From: an uncultured Gemmatimonadales bacterium
GTDB taxonomy: Bacteria; Gemmatimonadota; Gemmatimonadetes; Gemmatimonadales; GWC2-71-9
Assembly: GCA_963704805.1 (NCBI GenBank)
Contig: CAVPHS010000001.1
Coordinates: 1,234,496-1,298,495 of the forward strand
Direction: 5' to 3'
DNA length: 64,000 bases
Made by a program: the position numbers and the translations under genes. The notes beneath the pieces are model-generated. The model had not been told where the DNA came from, ran no database searches, and saw only the letters and a program-made list of their open reading frames with translations. Below, in pieces: positions 48,046 to 55,814 of the stretch. Within the stretch, counting starts at the first letter, position 1. Each line of letters starts with the position of its first letter.

Positions 48046-49739
48046 AGATTCCTCCGCTTCAGCTCAGCCACGGCGTGGTTCGCCGCGCGCGCGGTCAACG
48101 CCATATAAAGGATGGAAGGACTCTGGTTCCCGGTCGACGTCATGCACGCGCCGTCGGTGACGAACACGTTCGGGCAGCCATGCACCTGGTTCCATTGATT
48201 GAGGACAGACGCCCTCGGATCCTTCCCCATGCGCGCGCCGCCCATCTCGTGGATGTCGAGCCCCGGCGCCCATCCCTTGTCGTGTGTTTCGACGTCTTTG
48301 CACCCCGCGGCCTCGAGCATCTCGGCTGCCTGCGTGCGCCAGTCCGCGATCATCCGCGCGTCGTTGTCGTCGTAGTCCACGTTCATCACCAGCAAGGGGA
48401 TCCCCCATTGGTCCTTCTTCGTCTCATGGAGACGCACGTGGTTCGACTCCTTGGGGATCGTCTCACCCTGCATATACATGTAGATCCCCCACGGCCCCGG
48501 CTCGGTCTGAGCGTTCTTGAATGCTTCGCCCGCTAGGGTCTCGGTCGCCACTCCGCGCTCGCGATAGGCGCCGGTGAACGTGGTATAACCGCCAACGAAG
48601 TCGGTGTCCTGCCTCCCGAGGTTCCGGAAGTTCACGAGGATGCACTCCGTCGGGTTGCGGCCGAAGAAGTACTTGTCGGTGTACCCGTCGATGCGTCCGT
48701 GTCCTTCGACGCGATAGTTGTGGTGCATCACGTACTTGCCGAGCAGCCCGCTGTCGTTGCCGAGCCCCTGGGGGAAGCGCGACGACGTAGAGTTGAGCAG
48801 CACGAGCGTGGAGTTGAGCGCTGACCCGTTCACGAAAATGATACGCGCGGCGAACTCCAACTGTTCGTGCGTATTGGCATCGACGACGCGTACGCCGGAC
48901 GCCTTGCCGGACTTGTCGTCGTACACAATCGAGTGCACGACCGAGTGCGGCCGCAGCGTGAGGTTGCCCGTCTTCGCTGCCCAGGGCAGCGTCGATGAGT
49001 TGGAGCTAAAGTATCCCCCGTACGGGCACCCGCGCATGCAGAGATTGCGCGCCTGACAGCTGCCCCGCCCCTGCTGGAGGTGGATCGGCTTCGGCTGCGA
49101 GAGGTGCGCCCAGCGTCCCTGCACGACCCACCGGTTCTTGTACTTCGCGTGAATCGCCTGACTCATGTGCTTCTCGACGCAGTTGAAGTCGAAGGGCGGG
49201 AGGAAGTCGCCGTCCGGCATCGCGTCGAGATGGTCGTAGTTGCCGCAGACTCCGATGAACCGCTCGACATGCGTGTACCACGGCGCGATGTCGTCGTACG
49301 TGATCGGCCAGTTCATCCCGTAGCCGAGCTTCTCGGGGGCGACGAACTCGTACTTGCTCCAGCGCTGCGTCGCTCGTCCCCAGATGAGCGACTTCCCGCC
49401 GACCTGATAACCGCGGATCCAGTCGAAGGGCTTTTCCTGCACGTACGGGTGGTCGGCGTCCTTCACGAAGAAATGGGCGGTGTCTTCGCCGTAGCCGGCC
49501 GCCTTACTGATGAGCGGATTCTCGGTCGTCAGCTTGCGCGGGTTGTAGCCCCGGTGCGGCAGATCCCATGGTGCCATGTTCGCCGTGGGGTAATCCTTGA
49601 TGTGCTGCACGTCGCGGCCGCGCTCGAGCACGAGGGTCTTGAGGCCGTGGTCGCAAAGCTCCTTCGCGGCCCAACCCCCGGAAATTCCGGAGCCGATGAC
49701 GATGGCGTCGTACGTTCGATCGAGTTTTGTCATGCCCAT
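48042..49739 (-). CDS. GMC family FAD oxidoreductase
   Basis: YDAIVIGSGISGGWAAKEL is present, and the C-terminal region is GMC-like. Confidence 0.9.
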   Translation of the reverse strand: MGMTKLDRTYDAIVIGSGISGGWAAKELCDHGLKTLVLERGRDVQHIKDYPTANMAPWDLPHRGYNPRKLTTENPLISKAAGYGEDTAHFFVKDADHPYVQEKPFDWIRGYQVGGKSLIWGRATQRWSKYEFVAPEKLGYGMNWPITYDDIAPWYTHVERFIGVCGNYDHLDAMPDGDFLPPFDFNCVEKHMSQAIHAKYKNRWVVQGRWAHLSQPKPIHLQQGRGSCQARNLCMRGCPYGGYFSSNSSTLPWAAKTGNLTLRPHSVVHSIVYDDKSGKASGVRVVDANTHEQLEFAARIIFVNGSALNSTLVLLNSTSSRFPQGLGNDSGLLGKYVMHHNYRVEGHGRIDGYTDKYFFGRNPTECILVNFRNLGRQDTDFVGGYTTFTGAYRERGVATETLAGEAFKNAQTEPGPWGIYMYMQGETIPKESNHVRLHETKKDQWGIPLLVMNVDYDDNDARMIADWRTQAAEMLEAAGCKDVETHDKGWAPGLDIHEMGGARMGKDPRASVLNQWNQVHGCPNVFVTDGACMTSTGNQSPSILYMALTARAANHAVAELKRRNL

Positions 49740-49809
49740 AAAGTATCAGCAGCCCGTTTTTTCTAAGTTGTCCTAGCCCCCGCCAACCACTCCTACTCGA
49801 CCATGTAGC

Positions 49810-50718
49810 CTACTCCGGCCCGGCGCGGGCCACGAGTGCCAGCGGCACCTTGCGTAGTCCCTTCCAGGCTCTCGCCTGACCGGTCGAGTCGACGATCGTC
49901 AGTTGCGCCGAGATTCCGCCGTCGAGCAGCATCGCATGCTGTGCGCCAAGCTCGCCCATCACCGCCGCCATCTCGACAACCGTGAGCCCGAACGGCAGAC
50001 GGTCTGCGCCGGGGATTGGAACGTCGAGCCGTGTCATGGCGACGAGCAAGCGCCCCTGACGATCGAGACCGACCGCCAGTCGCGCGTCGCGATGCGTGAC
50101 ATTGATGGTCCTGTTGCGCAGCGCTGCCGGCAACGCGCCGTCGCCCGCGAGCAGAGCGGGGTACGATTGAAACGCGAAGCGCACGTCTCCCAGGGCTCGG
50201 CCGCGCCAGGTCGAAACATCGTCACCGTCCACCCACACGAGCCGGCCGTCCGCAAGGCCGATCAGTGCCGATGAAAGCGGTCCGTCACCAGGGGGGAGAC
50301 GCTCGTGGCCATCCATCACCACCCAACCCCACGGCAGCCGGTCCACGAACATCCCGGCGTTGAGGGCGAGGGCCGCGTCGCCCGCCCGATCGATCGTCCA
50401 GGCGGGCCGATCGCGCTCCATGCGCCACACTAAATCAAAGGAGACCGCCCGAAGATCGATGCGCGCGAGCACGAGCGTGAGTGCGTGCGCTTCGCCTTGC
50501 CCCTCGATCGGCAGCGTGGCCCACTCGACGCCCGGCTGCCCGGGCTGCCAGGTGACCAGTCCGCTGAGCGTTGCATCCGCCGCAGTCCAGCGCGCGGGCG
50601 CGCGCGACGCGCGCCACACCACGCGCCACGACCCGGAGGGTAGCCGAACGGCCAGCGTGGCGTCGTCGCGACGAGCCGTGGGGGACCCCGCAGCCGCCGC
50701 GAACAGCGCGACCGCCAT
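49810..50718 (-). CDS. phosphodiester glycosidase family (DUF2233-like) secreted protein
   Basis: ALALNAGMF...GWVVMDG...MLLDGGISAQL is present. Confidence 0.55.
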   Translation of the reverse strand: MAVALFAAAAGSPTARRDDATLAVRLPSGSWRVVWRASRAPARWTAADATLSGLVTWQPGQPGVEWATLPIEGQGEAHALTLVLARIDLRAVSFDLVWRMERDRPAWTIDRAGDAALALNAGMFVDRLPWGWVVMDGHERLPPGDGPLSSALIGLADGRLVWVDGDDVSTWRGRALGDVRFAFQSYPALLAGDGALPAALRNRTINVTHRDARLAVGLDRQGRLLVAMTRLDVPIPGADRLPFGLTVVEMAAVMGELGAQHAMLLDGGISAQLTIVDSTGQARAWKGLRKVPLALVARAGPE

Positions 50719-50757
50719 GACGCTGGCCGCCCGGAGTCTTCTAATAACGGTGTCCGA

Positions 50758-51660
50758 TCACCCGAGGTATTTCTTCAGGTCAACGAGCCGCGCCGTGAGC
50801 GCCTGCTCTTCGATCGAGGTGAACACCCAGCGAGCCCCGACGTTCCCGGCAGCCTGGAGCGCCACGAACCCCTCAGCGCGCTCAGCCGCCATCGCAAATT
50901 GCTCGGCTGTCATCGCCGCCGCGCGAGCGGCAGCGGTGTCTGCCGCCCCTTCCGCTGCCCGCGCCTGAACGAGCAGCGTATCGGAAATCGCGGCGAGCGA
51001 ATCGGCGCGCCGCATCCAGGCCGGCATCGGTGGCACATGGCACGTGGCGCGCGCCTTGGCACTGTCGGCCTGCGGGTCCACCCCCATCAGGGTATTCATC
51101 TTTTCCTGCGCGCGTCGCAGCGCTGCCGTGTCGTTCGCCGCCGTCGCCTGCTGCATTTCCTGCGACGCCGCCGTGAAATCCTGCATGAATTTCGTCTTGG
51201 CGGGCGTGTTCACGCCCGTCATGCCCATGAAGCGCTGCTGCATTTCCTGGTAGTGCCGCTGCTCCATGGTGTGGAGCTCTTCGCTCACGCAGTTCTCGGC
51301 CTCGCCGTTTGCGTTCACCCACTGGGCGCGGTCGTCGCTGTGCTGGCCGTTGATGTTCGCCGCTTCGTCAGCGGCGGCGGACGAGCGCCGTCGTAATTCG
51401 CCGGCGGTGTGGCCGCCTGCCCCGCGCGTGGTGCTGCGGGCCTCGAGGCCTGTGATGAGCCGCGCGACGACCTGCGGATTCAACTCGAGCATGGTGTTGT
51501 CGAACTTGGGCGGCGCGCCACGCTGCTGTGGCTGCTGGGGGGTGACGGCCTGACGGCCGGCGTCTTTCGCCTTCCGACGGAGGCTGGGGAGTTGCGCCTG
51601 CGCGATGGAGGCGCCGAGGACGAAGGCGGCGAACATGAGCACCGTGAGGCGGGAAGACAT
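50758..51660 (-). CDS. hypothetical secreted protein (300 aa)
   Basis: A signal peptide (MSSRLTVLMFAAFVLGASIAQAQ) is present. No motif was recognised. Confidence 0.5.
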   Translation of the reverse strand: MSSRLTVLMFAAFVLGASIAQAQLPSLRRKAKDAGRQAVTPQQPQQRGAPPKFDNTMLELNPQVVARLITGLEARSTTRGAGGHTAGELRRRSSAAADEAANINGQHSDDRAQWVNANGEAENCVSEELHTMEQRHYQEMQQRFMGMTGVNTPAKTKFMQDFTAASQEMQQATAANDTAALRRAQEKMNTLMGVDPQADSAKARATCHVPPMPAWMRRADSLAAISDTLLVQARAAEGAADTAAARAAAMTAEQFAMAAERAEGFVALQAAGNVGARWVFTSIEEQALTARLVDLKKYLG

Positions 51661-51709
51661 AGCGATCCTTCGGTGGAGGTGGTGGTGATGGATATTCTCT
51701 CTCCCGCTC

Positions 51710-51742
51710 TCGAATCCCGCCAGTCAAACCCAGCCATCCCGA
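51710..51742 (+). repeat. degenerate, internally duplicated tRNA-Pro T-loop/acceptor remnant
   Basis: TCGAATCCCGCC-A-GTCAAACCCAGCC-ATCCCGA is followed by TTGTC, as occurs after the intact tRNA. Confidence 0.5.
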
Positions 51743-51919
51743 TTGTCTTCGTGGTCCTAGCCTGCAATTTGGATGACGGTCTGACCCTGGGCGTGTCGCT
51801 CGCCAACGTGCCGGAGCGGCAAGATCCCAGGTCCGGTGCTCGAGGGCCAGATCGGCGACGTCCTCGAGCATCACGCGTCCGGGATGATGGGGCACTTCGA
51901 CGTGGTGCGATGAAAGGTG

Positions 51920-52045
51920 TTTGCCGGAATGTTTGCCGGTCCATGATCGCCAGTGACTACCAATGCGGTCGTTAAGACACCCATACGTGCGAATAAAACA
52001 ACGGCTCCGCATGGGAGCCGTTGAATTCAAATCCCGCCGTCCCGA
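51920..52045 (+). repeat. conserved ~126-nt element, copy C
   Basis: It has the same boundaries. This is the most divergent copy but it retains both hairpins. Confidence 0.85.
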
Positions 52046-52251
52046 TTGGAGTTAGGCATCTTCCAAGCCGACTGATCAATAGTCGGCTCAATAGTTCCGC
52101 AGTCTCGTTAAGCCGTGTCCGCAGGACTTAAGACGTATGAAAACTGCCCTCGACCCTAGGACGACTTTCTGACACGCTGACCCAATGCCGCGCGGAACCG
52201 CAGGCGTCCTCCACTGTTTTCTACAACACTCTTTCGACTCGGACCTGCGAC

Positions 52252-53250
52252 GTGAGAAATGCCTTGCGACCGTGGGCGGTCGCGTTCCTCGGACTGCTTG
52301 GCTGTCGCGGTGAACCCCTGGTTTCGCCGGAAGGCGAGCCGGGCGTCTACCCGGTCGGCAGCACCATGCTCACGAGTCTTGCGGCGCTGGATGTGCTCGG
52401 TGACACCCGCCGCGACCTCGTCGCCGTCGCCCGCGGTGACCTGACAATCCGCATCCTGCCGGGCGACACCGCGGGTACCTTCGCGGCGCCGCTCGCCCTC
52501 ACGGCGGGAAACGACGCCCGCCGGGCGACCGCCGGAGATGTGAACGGCGACGGCGTCCCCGACCTGCTCGTAATCGGGCACGACAACGTGTTCATCGTGC
52601 GGCTCGGCCTGGGCAGCGGCCGCTTCGCCGATGGGGTGAAGTACCCCCTCCGCAACCACGGGAACTTCATCCTCGTCGCCGATCTCAACGGGGACGCGTT
52701 CGACGATGTCGTGGCCGTGCACGACGGCTCGGGGAACCCGGTGTACGTCACGGCCTACCTCGGCTCCGCGAGCGGAGCGCTGCAGCCGGTGTGGGAGATG
52801 GGCACGACCTACTTCACCTCGATGGGGCTCGCCGCCGGCGACTTCGACGCCGACGGCAAGACCGACGTCGCAGTCGCCGTCGGCGACAACCGCGCCGCGG
52901 TGTTGGTGTTCCGCGGACAGGGGACGGGGGAGTTCGCCGCGCCGCTCGTACTGCCGACGCTCTCGCCCGATCCCCGCACAACCGACGGCACGACCGCGCT
53001 GGCCGTGGGGGATCTCGACGGGGACGGCCGCGACGACGTCGTCGTGGCCTGCTACGCCTTCAGCAACCGGCTCGTCATCCGGGGGTCGCGGGTTGAGCTG
53101 CGGCCGCTTCGCGGCCTCGCTCCGCTTGACCGGCTGCAGCCGGTCACCGGCGCTTCGCGCCGGACGCGTCAAATCCCGCCGTCCCGACTGAGTGAAGCCC
53201 TGCAACGTTGCTGGTTGCAGGGCCTCTTTTCAGGCGAGGTTAAACGATAA
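52252..53250 (+). CDS. FG-GAP/VCBS repeat lipoprotein, with a 3' end that reads through a tRNA-derived site
   Basis: A lipobox (LLGC) is present. The repeats GDVNGDGVPDLLV, ADLNGDAFDDVV, GDFDADGKTDVAV and GDLDGDGRDDVVV occur. The tail from about 53082 is tRNA-fragment and terminator sequence. Confidence 0.65.
   Translation: MRNALRPWAVAFLGLLGCRGEPLVSPEGEPGVYPVGSTMLTSLAALDVLGDTRRDLVAVARGDLTIRILPGDTAGTFAAPLALTAGNDARRATAGDVNGDGVPDLLVIGHDNVFIVRLGLGSGRFADGVKYPLRNHGNFILVADLNGDAFDDVVAVHDGSGNPVYVTAYLGSASGALQPVWEMGTTYFTSMGLAAGDFDADGKTDVAVAVGDNRAAVLVFRGQGTGEFAAPLVLPTLSPDPRTTDGTTALAVGDLDGDGRDDVVVACYAFSNRLVIRGSRVELRPLRGLAPLDRLQPVTGASRRTRQIPPSRLSEALQRCWLQGLFSGEVKR
53082..53188 (+). repeat. tRNA-Pro 3' fragment (GGGGGTCGCGGGTT ... 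TCAAATCCCGCCGTCCCGA) interrupted by a ~74-nt GC-rich insertion
   Basis: 14 nt plus 19 nt match tRNA positions 44-73. The insert at 53096-53169 contains three short hairpins. Confidence 0.7.
53199..53231 (+). terminator. rho-independent-type terminator
   Basis: The sequence reads CCCTGCAAC-GTTGCTG-GTTGCAGGG followed by CCTCTTTT. Confidence 0.55.
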
Positions 53251-53280
53251 GGGCCTCGCTATGGCGAGGCCCCGGAATTG

Positions 53281-53787
53281 CTATCGCGACTGCTGTTCGA
53301 CTTCGACGGACCGTTTGGACTCGCCGCCGTTTCCAGTTTTCACTTCGATCTGGCGCGGCTTCGCCTTTTCGGTCTTGGGGAGCGTGATCGTCAGCACGCC
53401 GTTGTCGTAGTTGGCCTTGATGTCCTTCGGCTCGACCGACGACGGCAGCGTGAACGACCGCTCGAACACGCCGTACATCCGCTCATAGCGGTGGACGCGC
53501 TTCGTGTTCTCTTCGCGCTCGTCCTGCTTCGTCCCCTGAATCGTCAGGACATTGCCTTCGAGCGAGATTCTCATGTCCTCGGGTCGTACGCCCGGAATCT
53601 CGGCCGTAATGCGGATCGCATCGGGCTCTTCCACGACATCGACGGCAGGGACCCACGCCGCCGCCGCGCTGTCGCGGTACATCCAGTCCGACCCGCCCAG
53701 CGTTTCGTTCAGGACTCGCTGAATCCTGTCGGTCAGGGCCGGCAATGCGCCTGCCGATTCCCGCGGGTTAGTTCTCGTCACATACAT
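53281..53787 (-). CDS. Hsp20/alpha-crystallin small heat-shock protein
   Basis: The ACD core is present (VDVVEEPDAIRITAEIPGV...FERSFTLP...ANYDNGVLTITLPK). GGAGGGAGAC lies upstream of the ATG at 53787. Confidence 0.9.
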   Translation of the reverse strand: MYVTRTNPRESAGALPALTDRIQRVLNETLGGSDWMYRDSAAAAWVPAVDVVEEPDAIRITAEIPGVRPEDMRISLEGNVLTIQGTKQDEREENTKRVHRYERMYGVFERSFTLPSSVEPKDIKANYDNGVLTITLPKTEKAKPRQIEVKTGNGGESKRSVEVEQQSR

Positions 53788-54085
53788 GTCTCCCTCCAAG
53801 GGAAAAGGTTGCGTCCTCGGGGGCAGCAACCCGCATGCCACATTCCGGGGCCTTTCTCTTGCCGTTTTGACAACCGGGGGATCGAACTCTGGCAGTCACC
53901 CTGTCAGGATTGCCGGGTGATCGCGATCGCCATCGCGGCGTCGGTATTCGAGGGGGTCTGCAGTCAGACTGACCGGCCTCCTGTCACACTGACCATCGGC
54001 GTTTGTCAGCCCGACAAGCCACCCCCTTCAGGTTCTGGCACGCCGGTTGCCGGGAGGCAGAGCGCCACTGTCAGAGGAGGATGTT

Positions 54086-54757
54086 ATGCGTACCGATATG
54101 GACATTCAGAAGGACGTCGTCGCGGCGCTCAAGTGGGAGCCGAGCCTCCGGGATGACGACATCGCCGTGGGTGTGCGGGATGGCGTAGTCACGCTCGCGG
54201 GCTTCGTCGACAGCTACGCCGACAAGCTGACCGCCGAGCGGGTGGCCAGCAAGGTCAAAGGAGTGAAGGCCCTCGCAAACGATCTCGCGGTGAAACTTCC
54301 GTCGAGCTCGACGCGGCCGGACCCCGACCTCGCCCACGCCGCCGTCGACGCCCTCAAGTGGAGCGTCGCCGTGCCGCAGGACCGCATTCAGGTGAAGGTC
54401 AAGAACGGCTGGCTCGTACTCGAAGGGGAAGTAGACTGGTACTACCAGAAGGAGGCCGCCCAGCGTGCGGTCCGCGACCTCACGGGCATCAGCGGTGTGT
54501 CGAACCTGATCACCGTGCGGGCGCGGCCGACCCCGACCGACGTGAAGCAGCGGATCCGGCAGGCGTTGCAACGGGGCGCCCAGTTCGATGCTGAGCGCAT
54601 CAGTGTCGAGATCCAGGGTAATAGGGCGATCCTGCGCGGCACCGTGCGCTCGTACGCCGAGATGAAGGATGCGGAGCGCGCCGCCCGCGATGCCCCCGGT
54701 GTCACCGAAGTGGAGAACGATCTTACGATCGACGCGGGCGTGTACGTTGACGTCTGA
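54086..54757 (+). CDS. BON-domain protein (three BON repeats, OsmY-like)
   Basis: The pattern I.V.V.DGVVTL.G.V occurs three times. GAGGAGG lies upstream of the ATG at 54086. Confidence 0.85.
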   Translation: MRTDMDIQKDVVAALKWEPSLRDDDIAVGVRDGVVTLAGFVDSYADKLTAERVASKVKGVKALANDLAVKLPSSSTRPDPDLAHAAVDALKWSVAVPQDRIQVKVKNGWLVLEGEVDWYYQKEAAQRAVRDLTGISGVSNLITVRARPTPTDVKQRIRQALQRGAQFDAERISVEIQGNRAILRGTVRSYAEMKDAERAARDAPGVTEVENDLTIDAGVYVDV

Positions 54758-54888
54758 CGGCGCGAAAAAAGGGGGACCGGGTTCATCCCCGGTCCCCCAT
54801 TCACAGGAGGGAAACAAATGAGGCGGGCTACGACGCAGCCGGGGGCCAGCCTTCGATGACCAGGCGCCGCCTACACGATTGGGCCGTA

Positions 54889-55320
54889 ATGAGCTTCTAC
54901 GAGCGCTTCGAAGCGCTCGTGGCGTTGGTGCTCACGGCGGTTATCACCATCGTCATCGTGGTCGCCCTGTGGCGTCTCATCGTTAGCGTGGTGGATAAGT
55001 TGTTGCTCCAAAGCCTGAACCCGCTGGAGCACAATGTGTTTCAGGCCGTCTTCGGGGAAATCCTGACCCTATTGATTGCATTGGAGTTCAACCACACGCT
55101 GCGCTACGTCGTCACCCGGGGCTGGGGGATCATCCAGGCAAAGATCGTCATTCTGATCGCGGTGCTGGCTCAGGTGCGCAAGATCATCGTGTCGGATGTC
55201 TCGGCACTGCCGCCGGCAACGCTGGGGGCCGAAGCCGGCCTGCTCCTCGCCTTGGGCATAACGTATTTGTTGATGCGCGAAGGGAAAGACGGGCTCGAGC
55301 CGCCATCAGCGGATCGCTAG
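54889..55320 (+). CDS. PsiE-like phosphate-starvation-inducible membrane protein
   Basis: Four TM helices are present, along with LIALEFNHTLRYV. The start is 54889 or 54856. Confidence 0.55.
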   Translation: MSFYERFEALVALVLTAVITIVIVVALWRLIVSVVDKLLLQSLNPLEHNVFQAVFGEILTLLIALEFNHTLRYVVTRGWGIIQAKIVILIAVLAQVRKIIVSDVSALPPATLGAEAGLLLALGITYLLMREGKDGLEPPSADR

Positions 55321-55369
55321 TCAGAGAATCGACGGGGGACGGGACGGCCGCTTCCTAGTTCGCGTTTTG

Positions 55370-55494
55370 TTTGCCGTAATGTCTGCCGGTCCATACCCGC
55401 CGATGCCTACCAATGCGGTCTGTTCGCGCACGTAAGTGCCGGAAAAACAACGGCCCCGCATGGGGGCCGTTGAATTCAAATCCCGCCGTCCCGA
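55370..55494 (+). repeat. conserved ~126-nt element, copy D
   Basis: It has the same boundaries. The inner hairpin AACGGCCCC-GCATG-GGGGCCGTT is perfect in this copy. Confidence 0.85.
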
Positions 55495-55511
55495 CTCGTA
55501 AGGAGCTTCAA

Positions 55512-55547
55512 CCCCTACAACGAGTTCCCTCGTTGTGGGGCTTTTGC
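55512..55547 (+). terminator. rho-independent-type terminator after element D
   Basis: The sequence reads CCCCTACAACGAG-TTCCC-TCGTTGTGGGG followed by CTTTTGC. Confidence 0.6.
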
Positions 55548-55552
55548 AAGCA

Positions 55553-55814
55553 GGTCCTTCCCTTCGCTCCCTTTTCTCTTACACAAAGACGCGCGCGGCA
55601 TGTCATCCTGAGCGAAGCGAAGGACCTGCTTTTGACAGGTGCGCGAGCGCGAGAAGCAGATCCTTCGTGCTGCGCACTCAGGAGGTCCCTCGCGCCTGTG
55701 GCGCTCCCCAATCCCAAAGCAGGTCCTTCGCTACGCGCGCCTGCGGCGCGCTCCGCTCAGGATGACAAGCGCGCTCGCTGTCGCAACAAAAAAAGATCAG
55801 CGAAGGGAAGGATC
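55553..55814. repeat. nested imperfect palindrome (MITE/REP-cluster-like) built from GTCATCCTGAGCGAAGCGAAGGACC-type units
   Basis: The outer arms are 55553-55568 and 55799-55814. The inner arms are 55602-55629 paired with 55719-55732 plus 55754-55766. Confidence 0.7.

Noticed and set aside
55339-55349. CGGGACGGC upstream of element D, complementary to the core GCCGTCCCG. It could pair as an acceptor-like stem.
   Set aside because: It is present only at copy D and is absent from A, B, C and E. It is most likely chance in GC-rich sequence.
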